NCBI GenBank assembly: GCA_964016885.1
Contig: OZ024752.1
Location: forward strand, 41,540,001 to 41,604,000
Direction: 5' to 3'
From: Eledone cirrhosa
Lineage: Eukaryota
Length of the DNA stretch: 64,000 bases
In this document: positions 1 through 11,879 of the stretch, in pieces
Position numbering within the stretch: the stretch's first letter is position 1
How the letters are laid out: every line of letters begins with the position of its first letter
The notes under the pieces: generated by a model
Databases searched by the model: none
What the model saw: only the letters and a program-made list of their open reading frames with translations
Told to the model about the DNA's origin: nothing
Translations under genes and position numbers: made by a program

Positions 1-523
1 GGTATGGTTTCTTCCCTGTATGAATATATTCATGAGTAATTAAACTACTTTTATGAGAAAATGATTTCTTACAGATATCACAGTGGTGAGGCTGTTTCCC
101 TGAATGTAAAAATGAATGAGTAATTAAACTACTTTTCTGAAAAAATGATTTGCCACAGATATCACAATCATTTGACTTATTCCCTGTATGTTTACGTTTG
201 TGAGAAACTAAGCTACTATTATGAGAGAATGATTTTCCACAAACATCACAGTGGTATGGCTTCTTCCCTGTATGAATCTGTTTGTGAGTAATCAGGCTAT
301 TTTTCTGAAAGAATGATTTACCACAGACATCACAGTGGTATGGTTGCTTCCCTGTATGAATAAATGTGTGGGTAATTAAGCTACTTTTCTGAAAGAATGA
401 TTTACCACAGATATCACATTCGTATGAAGTTTTTCCTGTCTCTTCCTTTATATCTACAGGGGAATCAATACTTTCAGGTTCTATTTTACATTTAACCTGG
501 GTCCCACCTAAATCATTTTCCAT
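1..523 (-). CDS. C2H2 zinc-finger protein, paralogue 1 (5' part; runs off the window start)
   Basis: Manual translation from ATG at 523: [64 protein letters not shown]... Five C2H2 fingers, open to position 1. N-terminus is near-identical to the 800-aa ORF. Missing from the ORF track because there is no stop in the window. Confidence 0.9.
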   Translation of the reverse strand, partial: MENDLGGTQVKCKIEPESIDSPVDIKEETGKTSYECDICGKSFFQKSSLITHTFIHTGKQPYHCDVCGKSFFQKNSLITHKQIHTGKKPYHCDVCGKSFSHNSSLVSHKRKHTGNKSNDCDICGKSFFQKSSLITHSFLHSGKQPHHCDICKKSFSHKSSLITHEYIHTGKKPY

Positions 524-1199
524 TATTTGTCTTCTATCACAAGATATAGATATTTGTTTTCTTTTCTAATTTACTTTCTAACAAATATCTATTCTGCTAT
601 ATTTCAATAAGCTATAAACTCCTTTGTAAATTTCTCCATATTTAATTAGAATGTAAAACCAACTTGTATATATTCCAGATATTGAAGTAGATAAATGTTG
701 CTTTTAATCTCAGTTCAGGGGAAAGATTTCACAGTAATGTTTCCACAGGGTCATCTGTTCTGTATAAAATCATCTTTTAGTCTTTAAAAGATGATAAATA
801 TTGGTGATTGATCTCAAGTAGACAATTCTGTTATGCCAATATCATCTGTTTCTCTGAAATAATAGAGAAACAGTATAAGATATAGAGGATAGTTAAAAAG
901 TAGAAGAGATTCAACAGTAAAAGTTTTACTACATTTCTATATTGATAAACTGTAGATATAGACATTTGCTTGAACAACTGAACTTCATCATCGTTTTATG
1001 TTCAGGTTGGCATGTCTGCAGATAGATCAATGTTACTAGTGGTCATCTATACCAGTCAGGGGGAGCTTGCAGCCTGCGAAGCTTCCTGAATGGCTTGCTT
1101 AAGTCACCTCAGTGAAATCTTTCCCATTTTTTACCCCAATTTTTCAGTCATCATTTTTTTTTTTTAAATCTGGGCACAAATATAGACAATATGCCCCCA

Positions 1200-1487
1200 C
1201 ACCCTCCCACTGCCAGGTGGTCGTGGAGGTGCCACGGCAAAAAAGCACCCAGCCCACACTGTAAAGTGGACATGTAGGCGCCACGAAAAAGCACCCAGCA
1301 CTCACTGTAAATGAGGTTGGTGTTAGGAAGGGCATCCAGCTGTAGAAATCAAGCCAGAATCAGTTCCCGTATGAGCAAGGCATGGTCAGCCGACCAGACA
1401 CTGCCCACATCAGGACAACCCGTCTAACCCATGCTAGCGTGGAAGAACGGACGTAAAACGGTGATGATGATGATGATGATGATGATG
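1200..1487 (+). mobile_element. SINE or non-autonomous retroelement with (GAT)n tail (near-identical copy at 30720-30996)
   Basis: Shared ggttggtgttaggaagggcatccagctgtagaaa module and RTE-like 3' end with gatgatgat tail. Confidence 0.75.
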
Positions 1488-2040
1488 AAATGTCAATTAG
1501 CGCTTTCGGCCCGCCTGATGATGAGCCATATCTCATGTGGCCTGCTTCTTGAAAAAGGTTGCCCATGCCTGATCTATACACACCACATAACATATATCTG
1601 TACCAACATAATCTTACAGCCTGCACACTACATCTCATTCTTCTTAGCTATTCTCTGCTAGCTACATCGTTCATGCACACTAACATTACATAGCCAGTGG
1701 AACTATTACAGACCTGCCAACCCCTAAAAACTCAATCGGGGGGTACCACGAGAAAATCCTCCTTCTGTTCTCACTCTCCATGTTTTATCTGGGTTATCTG
1801 GGGACAAAGCAGCACCATTTTTATAGGTTAACAGGTCAATGATGGTCTCAGATGTCAATTACTTCGTACTGAATGTATTTTATAATGGCACCATTTATAT
1901 TGGTGCCATTATAAAATGCATTCAGTACGAAGTAGTTGACATCTGACCGGTAGCAAATATAGTGATAAGAGGATTCTTCGGTTAAGTCAAGAACCTGACA
2001 ACCTCTCTCCACGTAATGAAAAAAAAAACCATCACCTTCA

Positions 2041-2178
2041 CAGACCTGCTAACCTCTAAAAACCCAAACGGGGGAGTACCATGAAAAAAAAAGGGTCCCA
2101 AAACGAGAAAACATCTCTCACCCACCCCAAAGTGGGTGTGGATATCTCCCCGTCGGATGGGAACAGTTGACAGGTCTG
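2041..2178. mobile_element. hAT-like MITE (partial copy at about 1709-1837)
   Basis: TIR CAGACCTGCTAAC / GTTGACAGGTCTG; no clean TSD. Confidence 0.5.
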
Positions 2179-2653
2179 ATATTAGCCTCCTTTCTTTCTA
2201 GCTTTCGCAAGTTTCCTGCAATGAAGGTCCATGTATTACTACTTCGTACACAAACATCATACAAACGACTCGTGTTGAGAGAGAGAGACAGAGAGAAGCC
2301 CTTTGTTGCCAACAGAGCTAATAGTTCCCTAAGCTTTTTTCCAATCTGTTCTCACTCTAGCTACTGCCTTCTCTGAGCATCCATCCTCCTTCTAAGGTAG
2401 TCAAATCATCATCATAGTGTACCTGCTTTCCGTGCTGACATGGGTTTGACGGGTCGTCACAGTCCGAGATAAGGTAGGATTATGTGATGCTCATACGATC
2501 TATATTTTGGCATGGTTTCTAATACCAACCACTTTACAGAGTATAGTGGGTATATACTCTAATGGCAATGACACAATAAAAGCTGTCAATAACTTCTAGG
2601 AAACTGCCTGTACTAATATTACTATTACTATTATTATTGTTGTTACTATTCTA

Positions 2654-2845
2654 GGGCGGTGGATTGGCAGTATCGGTAGAGGGTCGGACGCCATGCTTTC
2701 CAGCATAGTTACGTCCCTTTACCATCTGAATTCAAATCCCGCCGAGGTTGACTTTGCCTTTCATCCTTACGGGGTCGATAAAATAAAAGTACCAGTAATG
2801 CACTGGGTAATTGCTGGCCTTGTGCCTAAAGTAGAAACAATTATT
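2654..2845 (+). mobile_element. tRNA-derived SINE family A
   Basis: A-box tggcagtatcgg, B-box-like aattcaaatcc, body gcctttcatccttacggggtcgataaaataaagtacc; more than 12 copies in the window. Confidence 0.8.
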
Positions 2846-2861
2846 GCTGTTACTATTACTA

Positions 2862-3130
2862 TGCGCTGAGCTGGCCAGCCGTAGGTGTGAGCCTCGCGAG
2901 ATGGAATGGCTCTTCCAGCGCATCTCCCTTACCATCCTCCGGGGAAACGCCTTCTCCATTCTGTCGGCCGCCGGAGCCGTGGGGAGGCGGCCAGCACGCG
3001 GGACCCTATTTGCTCACCATACAGAGAGATGGGGAGGGCGAGAGAAATGGAGGCGATGACAGTTGGAGTTCGACTCTTCCACGCTGACCATATCCTTGTG
3101 GCTGTGTTTATTGTGTATATAAACACAAGC
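2862..3130 (+). mobile_element. 3' fragment of a CRE-like (REL) non-LTR retrotransposon
   Basis: Translation EWLFQRISLTILRGNAFSIL matches the FQR(L/I)S.AI.RGNA C-terminal motif of CRE-clade elements; GC-rich island. Confidence 0.6.
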
Positions 3131-3445
3131 TTTCTCTGGGAGAAGAAGAAACAGAGGAACAGAAATTCCATATATATATATTGTAAAACGATATGAAAAT
3201 AGACTTGAGGCCATGTGTCCTTAGTATATATTTCTCGTGTGTATATACTGTATACAAGGTCTACCATAACAATTAACCTGCTTATAATTCCACAACAGTA
3301 ACAATGAAATTTACATGTGGAACATCAAAAACTAAAATGTAAACAATAATAAAGTCGGTATAAATGTTGTATTTTTTTTTATATGTTGCTATTGTATATA
3401 TGTGGCAACGATGATAAAATATGAAAGTAGTATATACATATATAC

Positions 3446-3580
3446 CTTGTCAGAGGAATTTCATTGACAGAAGAAAAACGAATGAAGACGTTAAAAATAT
3501 CGAATAGTGAAACTAAGAACTTCCGGGAGGAAAATGAATTATTGGATTTTCATTGGTGAATTTAGGTGATGACGTATAAA
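3446..3580 (-). promoter_or_regulatory. Putative non-coding first exon and promoter of ZNF paralogue 1
   Basis: Donor AAG|gtatat at 3446/3445, ETS-like CCGGAAGT (3519-3526), two CCAAT boxes (3541-3556). Homologous to 14283-14550. Confidence 0.55.
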
Positions 3581-4699
3581 ATAAATCAACTAAAAACTAA
3601 AGCATGTACTGTTGTACAATGTATACATAGTAGATTACTTATGAATGGAACGAACCCAGCGAGACGGAATTGCTCTTTTAGTGTATCTTTTAGTGTATCT
3701 TTCCACCATATCGCTTTCGCAGTTCTGCCTATGAAGCAACATCCATCTGATGTTTTGCAAAGAACATAAAATGGTTGTATTTGTCTTGCTAAATAAATGT
3801 GTCCGATCTTCGATTTCAGACTATGAGCTAGAGAATAAAATTAAGATGATTGTCCAATTTATATGTTAGAAATAAAGTGTTGTACTGAAGTTATAAACTT
3901 TATGTTTCTGTCGATATTAATATGTGGGATATAATGAAATATGGTATGGATTGTAGAGAGGAAAACAAAACAGGTGTAATGAAAGTATAAAGACATTTTT
4001 TCTTTGTTTTATTCAGATTCTTTTGTTTATCTTAGCGAATAGATTAAAACAAAGAAATGTATATAGAATGGCACATGTATACTATATATATATATGGTAA
4101 TTACATATTAATAGACACAATGGCAGATTCGAGAGAACTGATTTTACTGTAAAACATTGATTTATATTTTCAGCTCAATATAATAAAGACTGCTGTAGCT
4201 ATTTATTTACGTAGTTAATTATCAATCATCTATTTTCAATTCGACCCAGTGATATAAATGTTTATTGAATAATAGGAAACGAATAGAATTAAGGTAGATA
4301 CAACCATCAAGGGAAGTAACTCTATTTGATTCAACCGTCAGAGGAAGTAACTCTATTTGTAGTTTTAACTACATTTCTGTGGTAATGGCGGTGGGGGACT
4401 TATTTAATCAATTTAAACTTCTTATGTGGATTAATAATTGACAGAGAAAAACATGATTTAAAAATAGAGGAATTAGACAAAGTATTATTAACTAAAGACA
4501 TGGTTTTTAAAAAATAATTGAGAAAGAAACGTCTTAGCTCTCAGGAATCCATTATTAATGGTTCAAATTTTTATTTCTTGGTTTTTCTTATGGGGGTAAG
4601 AGTCATTTTACATGAATTTAACCATTACACCATATTGCATGTAGCTGCTAATTACTGTCTTTTGATGATACTACAAAAATTATATTTTCACCTACATAA

Positions 4700-5095
4700 T
4701 GGGGTTTGTTGAAAAAATAGGCTGGGAATAAAAATTACGTAGTCGGTGAGATTTAATTGTTGCACTTCTTCAAAGAAGGCCCCTTGTGTCTCTTCACACT
4801 TAAAACATGTCTGAAATGTTTCTTCCAGAATGGTTCTCAGTTCTGAAATTGCAGTCAATGTGATGTCCTCTCTGCTGTCAAAGTTGAAGATTTCAGTAGC
4901 ATCTTCATTTTGGGGGAACAACCAGAAGTTTGAAAAAAATGCCTTTTTTTTTGCCAAGAAACTTTGGTTCAGCTGCAGTGAATGAATTGGAGCATTGTTG
5001 TGATGCAGCAGCCAGTACTGCAACACCTGTAGAACCAGTCTTTTGTGCAGAACTGCATCATGATGTTGGAGAGCTTCCTGATAGTACTCCTTTGA
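4700..5095 (-). mobile_element. Degenerate mariner transposase fragment
   Basis: KEYY...WLLHHNNAPIH...FWLFP...F+SREDI resembles the mariner HDNAP.H / DFWLF region; frameshifted. Confidence 0.7.
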
Positions 5096-5129
5096 AACTG
5101 ATATAGTTACACTTCTGTATGAATACTCA

Positions 5130-5724
5130 CATTTATTTTTGTGACATTTTGGGGAATAGGATTTACCACAGATGTCACTGTAATATGGTATTTTTTGTGT
5201 ATGACTTGGTTTGAGTTTAATTTCCCACATTGAAAGAATGATTTACAGGGATATGGTTTCTCTCATGTATGAATGTTTTCAGTACAGTACTCACATTGAG
5301 AGAATGATTTAGTATAGATATCACACTCATACGACTTCTCTCCAGCACAAATATAATTGCAAGTAGTTAAGTCATTTTCTTCAAGGAAGGACTGACTAGC
5401 GATATGATTCTCCTGTAGGTATATGTTAGTGTTGAGTTAATGATTTACCACAGAAGTCAGTGATGTGGTTTCCCACATGTATGACTGTTGGTGTGTATTT
5501 AAGTTCTCACATTCAGAGAAGGATTTACCACAGACATCATAGTGATATAAATTTCTCTCATGTATGAATCTGTTTAGTTCAGAGTGATTTGCTACCGATA
5601 AAATTCTCATAGGACTTCTCTCATATACGAATATAGGAGTAATTAGGTCACAGTTTTCAGGGAATGCCTGACCGTAGATATGACAATGATATGGTTTCTC
5701 TTTTGTATCACAGTGATATGGTTT
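5130..5724 (-). pseudogene. Decayed zinc-finger repeats downstream of the ZNF stop codon
   Basis: Broken finger and linker remnants ([22 protein letters not shown]) continue past the TAG, which sits at the E codon of a TGEKP linker. Confidence 0.75.
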
Positions 5725-8127
5725 CTATCCTGTATGAATACGTACATGTTTAGTTAAACTACTTAACTGTGAGAATGACTCCCCACAGATATCACAATGA
5801 TATTGTTTCGGAGGAGAGAAGGTATTTAGCTCTGTTAAAGATTTACCACTGATATCACATTCATTCGACATCTCTCCTGAATGAATGCTTTTATGTCGAG
5901 TTAATAGACAATTTTGAGAGAAAGATTTACCACAGATATCACATTGGTACGGCTTTTCTCCTGTATGAATGCGTTTATGTCTAGTAAGGACACTATTTAC
6001 AGTGAATGATTTACCACAGATATCACAGAGATATGGTTTCACCCCACTATGAATACGTTTGTGTCGAGTTAGGTCACGTTTTTCAGAGAAAGACTTACCA
6101 CAGATATCACATTGATGTGGTTTTTCTCCTGAATGCATACGCTTGTGTCGAGTTAGGTCACCATTTCCAGAAAAGGATTTCCCACAAATATCACAGTGAT
6201 ATGGTTTTTCTCCTGTATGAATACGTTTGTGAGTAGTTAAGTTAGCTTTATCAGAGAATGATTTACCACAGATATCGCAGTGAAAGGGTTTTTCTCCAGT
6301 ATGAGTTCGTTTGTGTCTAGTTAAATGAATATTTTCAATGAAGGATTTACCACAGGTATCACACTGATATGGTTTTTCTCCTGAATGAATACGTTTATGA
6401 TTATTTAGGACACTATTGACAAAGAATGATTTACCACAAATATCACAATGATATGGTTTCTCTACTGCATGAACACCTTTATGTTTAGTTAGATGACTTT
6501 TTTGGGAGAATGATTCACCACAAATATCACAGTGATACGGTTTCTCTCCAGTATGAATGCGTTTGTGAGCAGTTAGATCACATTTTTGAGTGAATGATTT
6601 CTTACAGACATCACAGTGATATGGTTTCTCACCTGTATGAATACGTATATGAGTAGTTAGATTAGTTTTTTGATAAAATGACTTCTTACAGACATCACAC
6701 TGATATGGTTTCTCTCCTGTATGATGGAGTTTGTGAGAAATTAGACTACATTTTTGAGAGAATGATTTATCACAGATATCACAGTGATATGGCTTCTTCC
6801 CTGTATGTAGAAGTGTGTGAGTATTTAGACTACTTTTTTGAGAGAATGATTTACCACAGATATCACAGTGGTATGGCTTCTGAGGAGAGAAGGTATTTAA
6901 CTCTGTGAAAGATTTACCATTGATATCACATTCATTCGACATCTCCCCTGAATGAATATTTTTATGTCGAGTTAATAGACAATTTTGAGAGAAAGATTTA
7001 CCACAGATATCGCAGTGGTACGGCTTTTCTCCTGTATGGATATGTTTGTGTCTAATAAGGACACTATTTACAGTGAATGATTTACCACAGATATCACAGA
7101 GATATGGTTTCACTCCAGCATGAATACGTTTGTGTCGAATTAGGTCACGTTTTTCAGAGAATGACTTACCACAGATATCACAGTGAAATGGTTTTTTCCC
7201 TGTATGCATACGCTTATGTCTAGTTAGGTCACCATTTAGAGTGAAGGATTTACCACAGATATGACAGTGATATGGTTTTTCTCCTGTATGAATACGTCTG
7301 TGATTATTTAAGTTTGCTTTATCAGAGAATGATTTACCACAGATATCACATTGAAATGGTTTTTCTCCTGTATGAGTACGTTTGTGTCTAATTAAATGAA
7401 TATTTTCGGTAAATGATTTCCCACAGACATCACAGTGACATAGTGTCTCTCCTGAATGAATACGTTTGTGTCTAGTTAAGACACTATTTACAAAGAACGA
7501 TTTACCACAAATATCACAATGATATGGTTTCTCTACTGCATGAACACCTTTGTGTTTAGTTAGATGACTTTTTTGGGAGAATGATTCACCACAAATATCA
7601 CAGTGATATGGTTTATCTCCAGTATGAGTGCGTTTGTGAGCAGTTAGATCACATTTTTGAGTGAATGATTTCTTACAGACATCACAGTGATATGGTTTCT
7701 CCCCTGTATGAATACGTATATGAGTAGTTAGATTAGTTTTTTGATAAAATGACTTCTTACAGACATCACACTGATATGGTTTCTCTCCTGTATGATGGAG
7801 TTTGTGAGTAATTAGACTACATTTTTGAGAAAATGACTTATCACAGACATCACAGTGATATGGCTTATTCCCTGTATGAATACGTTTGTGAGTAATTAAG
7901 CTACAATTCTGAGAGAATGATTTACCACAGACATCACAGTGGTATGGCTTCTTCCCTGTATGAATACGTTTGTGGGTAATTAAGCTACTTTTATGAAAGA
8001 ATGATTTACCACAGATATCACATTTGTGTGAAGTATTTCCTGCCTCTTCCTTTATATCTTCAGGAGAATCAATACTTTCAGGTTCTATTTTACATTTAAC
8101 CTGGGTTTCTCCTAAATCATGTTCCAT
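5725..8127 (-). CDS. Poly-C2H2 zinc-finger protein, 800 aa (26 intact and 2 degenerate fingers), single coding exon
   Basis: Tandem CxxC-x12-HxxxH units with TGEKPY linkers and no KRAB/BTB/SCAN domain. Candidate splice acceptor ttatttcag at 8343-8351 is conserved in paralogue 1 (854-862). Confidence 0.95.
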   Translation of the reverse strand: MEHDLGETQVKCKIEPESIDSPEDIKEEAGNTSHKCDICGKSFFHKSSLITHKRIHTGKKPYHCDVCGKSFSQNCSLITHKRIHTGNKPYHCDVCDKSFSQKCSLITHKLHHTGEKPYQCDVCKKSFYQKTNLTTHIRIHTGEKPYHCDVCKKSFTQKCDLTAHKRTHTGDKPYHCDICGESFSQKSHLTKHKGVHAVEKPYHCDICGKSFFVNSVLTRHKRIHSGETLCHCDVCGKSFTENIHLIRHKRTHTGEKPFQCDICGKSFSDKANLNNHRRIHTGEKPYHCHICGKSFTLNGDLTRHKRMHTGKKPFHCDICGKSFSEKRDLIRHKRIHAGVKPYLCDICGKSFTVNSVLIRHKHIHTGEKPYHCDICGKSFSQNCLLTRHKNIHSGEMSNECDINGKSFTELNTFSPQKPYHCDICGKSFSQKSSLNTHTLLHTGKKPYHCDICDKSFSQKCSLISHKLHHTGEKPYQCDVCKKSFYQKTNLTTHIRIHTGEKPYHCDVCKKSFTQKCDLTAHKRIHTGEKPYHCDICGESFSQKSHLTKHKGVHAVEKPYHCDICGKSFFVNSVLNNHKRIHSGEKPYQCDTCGKSFIENIHLTRHKRTHTGEKPFHCDICGKSFSDKANLTTHKRIHTGEKPYHCDICGKSFSGNGDLTRHKRMHSGEKPHQCDICGKSFSEKRDLTRHKRIHSGVKPYLCDICGKSFTVNSVLTRHKRIHTGEKPYQCDICGKSFSQNCLLTRHKSIHSGEMSNECDISGKSLTELNTFSPPKQYHCDICGESFSQLSSLTKHVRIHTG

Positions 8128-9529
8128 TATTTGTCTTCTATCACAAGATACAGATGTTTGTATTAACTGCTGCTATTAATCTCAGTCCAGAGGAAATATT
8201 TCACAGTAATTCTCCCATAGATTTATAGAAAACAGGATCATATCTGTTCTGTATAAAATCTTCTTTTAGTCTTTAAAAGATGATAAATATTGGTGATTGA
8301 TCTCAAGTAGACAATTCTGTTATGCCAATATCATCTGTTTCTCTGAAATAATAGGGAAACAATATAAGATATAGGGGATTGTTAAAAGGTAGAGATTCAA
8401 CAGTAAACATTTACTACATTTCTATATTGATAAACTGTGGATATAGACATTTGCTTGAACAACTGAACTTATCAACTTATCATTTTATGTTTGCTTTTCT
8501 TGCTGGCTTAAATTAGATGGGATATCACTGCCTGAGACTTGACTGGTCAGAGAATCACATCTGGCTCATATATTCCATCTTTAGCAAGGTTTCTATGGTT
8601 GGATGTCCATCTAACACGAACCACTAAACAGAGGGTACCAAAAGCATGTTGTGACATCAACACTAGAACCTTTCATGGTTTCTATGACTGGATGTCCATC
8701 CAACAACAACTGCTATACAGAGGGTACTACCATTATCATTTAATAAACATCCCTACATGGGTTGGACATGTCTTCACAGATTAAGTCAATATCAATATTT
8801 CGTTTGTGTTTATGTGACTAATTTTGATTTTCCTTCTGTAGATTTTACTCACTACATTCCAGCGACCATATCTGTATCAGTGAGCAGCTCAACTTTACCA
8901 GACTTAGACCAATTACTTCAATTGTCAAGTCAAGAGTACTCAAACTATACGGCCATATAAAAAGATCAACTCGTGGTGTGAGTATGTTATAACTGGAAGG
9001 AAAGCTGTCTGGTAAGAGAAGCAGAGGCAGGCAGCCAAAACGATGGCTTGACAATGTCAACTTATGGACTGGGCTTCATCTTTGCTCTTTAAACTCTGCT
9101 GCTAGTGATCCAACTTTGTAGAGAAGAATATCTCATATTGATGCGTAGTCTGCAACTGGCGGAGTTTAGCGTCACAAGAAGATTTTACTTAAATTTTAAT
9201 GAAACCCTAAAATAGGATTATGCCCAACATCGATCATACGCATGCACAGGAAAATGAATGATTTATTATGAAAGAAAATTTATTATCAAAGGAAATGAAA
9301 CATGAAACCAAAAATAACTAACTTAGGCACTACAACGCTATTAGCTGTCAGTCGAAGCAGGCGATGAAAGCAAAACATTGTTTATTTCCGTATTACTACC
9401 ACGTGTAAGTGGAGTTACTTAAATGAAAATATATGTGGCCCTGAAAAGGGCCAAATTAGAATATACCGCTGCGTTTTTACAGTTTTACTAGTTACACATA
9501 CACACACACACATATATATATATATACAC

Positions 9530-9607
9530 ACGCTGTCCCCTCCAAAATATAGACACACTTTGATTACTTTGCTGTTGAAGTGTGTATACATTTTTTGGGA
9601 CACTGTT
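9530..9607. mobile_element. Short Tc1/mariner-type MITE in (TA)n
   Basis: Imperfect TIRs tgtcccctccaaaatatagacacactt / aagtgtgtatacattttttgggacactg. Confidence 0.45.
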
Positions 9608-9609
9608 TG

Positions 9610-9669
<60 letters not shown>

Positions 9670-10138
9670 GGGAAGGGAGAAATTTTTGGATGCTATACCT
9701 GACATAATAAAAAACCCAAATACACCCCTAACATTTGTCGGAATATCAATCACGAGAGTAGATAAATAAATATATAAATACATAAATAAGAAATGATAGA
9801 AAAGGAAAAGAAAATCCCTACATTATGTAATATTCCCAGTCACCCCTAAATTTTCCCTAAATTTCAAACCGAGAGGGAAAAGTCCGAGGGTTAAAATCCC
9901 AAATGATGGTACCTCAAATACTAGTGTATCCCTTCGCATTACAGTTTAAAGCAATACATATGATCGCTTTGATGACTCTTATTCGTTTCTAAGGGTCTCG
10001 TTTTTTTCTCTTCTTTCTATCATATATATATATATATATATAAATGAAGTAATTCCGTCGGAAAAGTCCAGGAAAAAAGAGTGCTCTATGTAGGTAACAG
10101 AGCTTAATAGTTATGTAAAAAACAACATAAGGCAATTA

Positions 10139-10198
10139 TTCCATTTACCAGTGGTTTCTTAAAAGCAAAAGATTTTGCTTTCAATCCTCAGAATGAAA
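10139..10198 (-). ncRNA. Type I hammerhead ribozyme motif (left arm; sense to the ZNF pre-mRNA)
   Basis: Inverted copy of 10211-10270. One difference converts a stem II G-C pair to G-U. Cleavage predicted after 10146. Confidence 0.78.
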
Positions 10199-10210
10199 AA
10201 ATCCGGATTT

Positions 10211-10270
10211 TTTCATTCTGAGGATTGAAAGCAAAATCTTTTGCTTTCAAGAAACCACTGGTAAATGGAA
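10211..10270 (+). ncRNA. Type I hammerhead ribozyme motif (right arm of palindrome)
   Basis: tttcatt-CTGAGGA-TTGAAAGCAAAA tc TTTTGCTTTCAA-GAAA-CCA c TGG-TA^aatggaa. Full core, long stem II, stem III, GUA cleavage after 10263, 7-bp stem I with one G-U pair. Confidence 0.8.
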
Positions 10271-10780
10271 TAATTGCCTTATGTTGTTTATTACATAAAT
10301 ATATATATACATATATATATATATATACATATATATAAAAAACATGAGAAGAAAGAAGAATACTGCAGGTTGCACATGGGTTACATATGATAAAATTAGT
10401 CCTTCGTCAGTGATTTGCCAACCATCATTGATATTTCGTCGCATTAAAAATCATATATCTCAGGTTGGTGCGAGCAATAACTAAAAAAAGCTATTGGGAC
10501 AAGTAAATCGCATAAAGCGAGTGAGACAAGTAAACAACATAGAAGGATGAAAGCAACACAAAGATGGGAATAAACAAGCTATATATATATATAACAAAGG
10601 AAATGTGGTAAGGAACCAGGTGGACCATAACGCACCAAAGTACTCAATACTTAGGGTAGTAGAGTGGGTAATAGGAACAAGTAAGACCCCGACGACTGAG
10701 TTCAAGCCGTTTCGACGGCTAATTCGTACAGAATTAGCCGTCGAAACGGCTTGAGCTCGGTCGTCGGGGTCTTACTTGTT

Positions 10781-10820
<40 letters not shown>

Positions 10821-11879
10821 TAAATCTTTCCCTCTGTCTATCTCTTTCCCTCTCTGTCTATCTTTTGCCATAAAAACGATAATGATAATCAATTCAATTA
10901 AGAAATATATATATATATTATTAGTATTATTATTAAAATTAAATACCATTTATTCTGCGACAGAGAGCTTCATCTTCTCCATCATTCGCTACTCCAGAAT
11001 AGTAGTACTAGTCGTTATTGTATGTGTGTGTTTCTGCGTATATATATATATATGTGGTGTGTATGTGTTTGTGTGTATATGTATATATGTTTGCGTCGCC
11101 ACTCTTGCCCTTCGTGAGGAGAATGCTGTGTACGTATGTATATATATGTGTGTGTATGTGTGTGCTTGGAATATTTACCAATGGTTGGTATATCGATGAA
11201 CCTCTGATAGGTTTATACAGAATTAATGGATCTCGTATCGGTTCCTTTCGTTCGATCACCAAGAACTACCCACACATTTGAATTTATAATGTAAATGGTT
11301 AAATGTTTCACAAACACTTGTACTCCCTTACTTTAACATACCCCTCCCCCATATACACATACTATGTGGGCACTCAGTTTGCTAGAAATAACAGCCAATT
11401 CTTTCCACCCACCTTAAAAAAAAATATTAAGAAAGAACACAATGTCCAATAATGTACTTATTAGATGCACCTAAAACGATGGGATGGTCGTGGCTGGAAT
11501 ACCGTTGATCATAATGGAATTCTGTGGTTTAGTCAAGATTGACCTAGGGCTAAACAACAACCTTTGCCCCTCAGGTGAAGGGGCCTTACTATCATGGAAC
11601 GGAAATATTGTGATGGGACCCGACTTTTCCCCGCCCCCTCGGTCTAACCCCGCAGGTACAGTCGAGTCCGCTTAAGAGTATACCCTCGGGAATGGAAAAT
11701 ATTAACCGAACTATATACTCTTATCTGGACTAAGTAAAAATATTCCACAGTATTATTATTTTGAGTCTTTCAATGATTAATAATCGCTTTATTATCATTT
11801 AAAATGCAAGTCAACAAAACTCTCTTGCAACATTGTAGAGTGAATGTAAAATTTTATAAGCTTCAGCTTTGAAAAACTA

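Noticed and set aside
4688-5230. 180-aa ORF as a ZNF-transposase fusion gene
   Set aside because: Chance join of a decayed finger and a frameshifted mariner relic; the catalytic motif is mutated (HNNAP).
6006-6908. Plus-strand ORFs overlapping the ZNF
   Set aside because: Antisense shadows of the repetitive finger codons.
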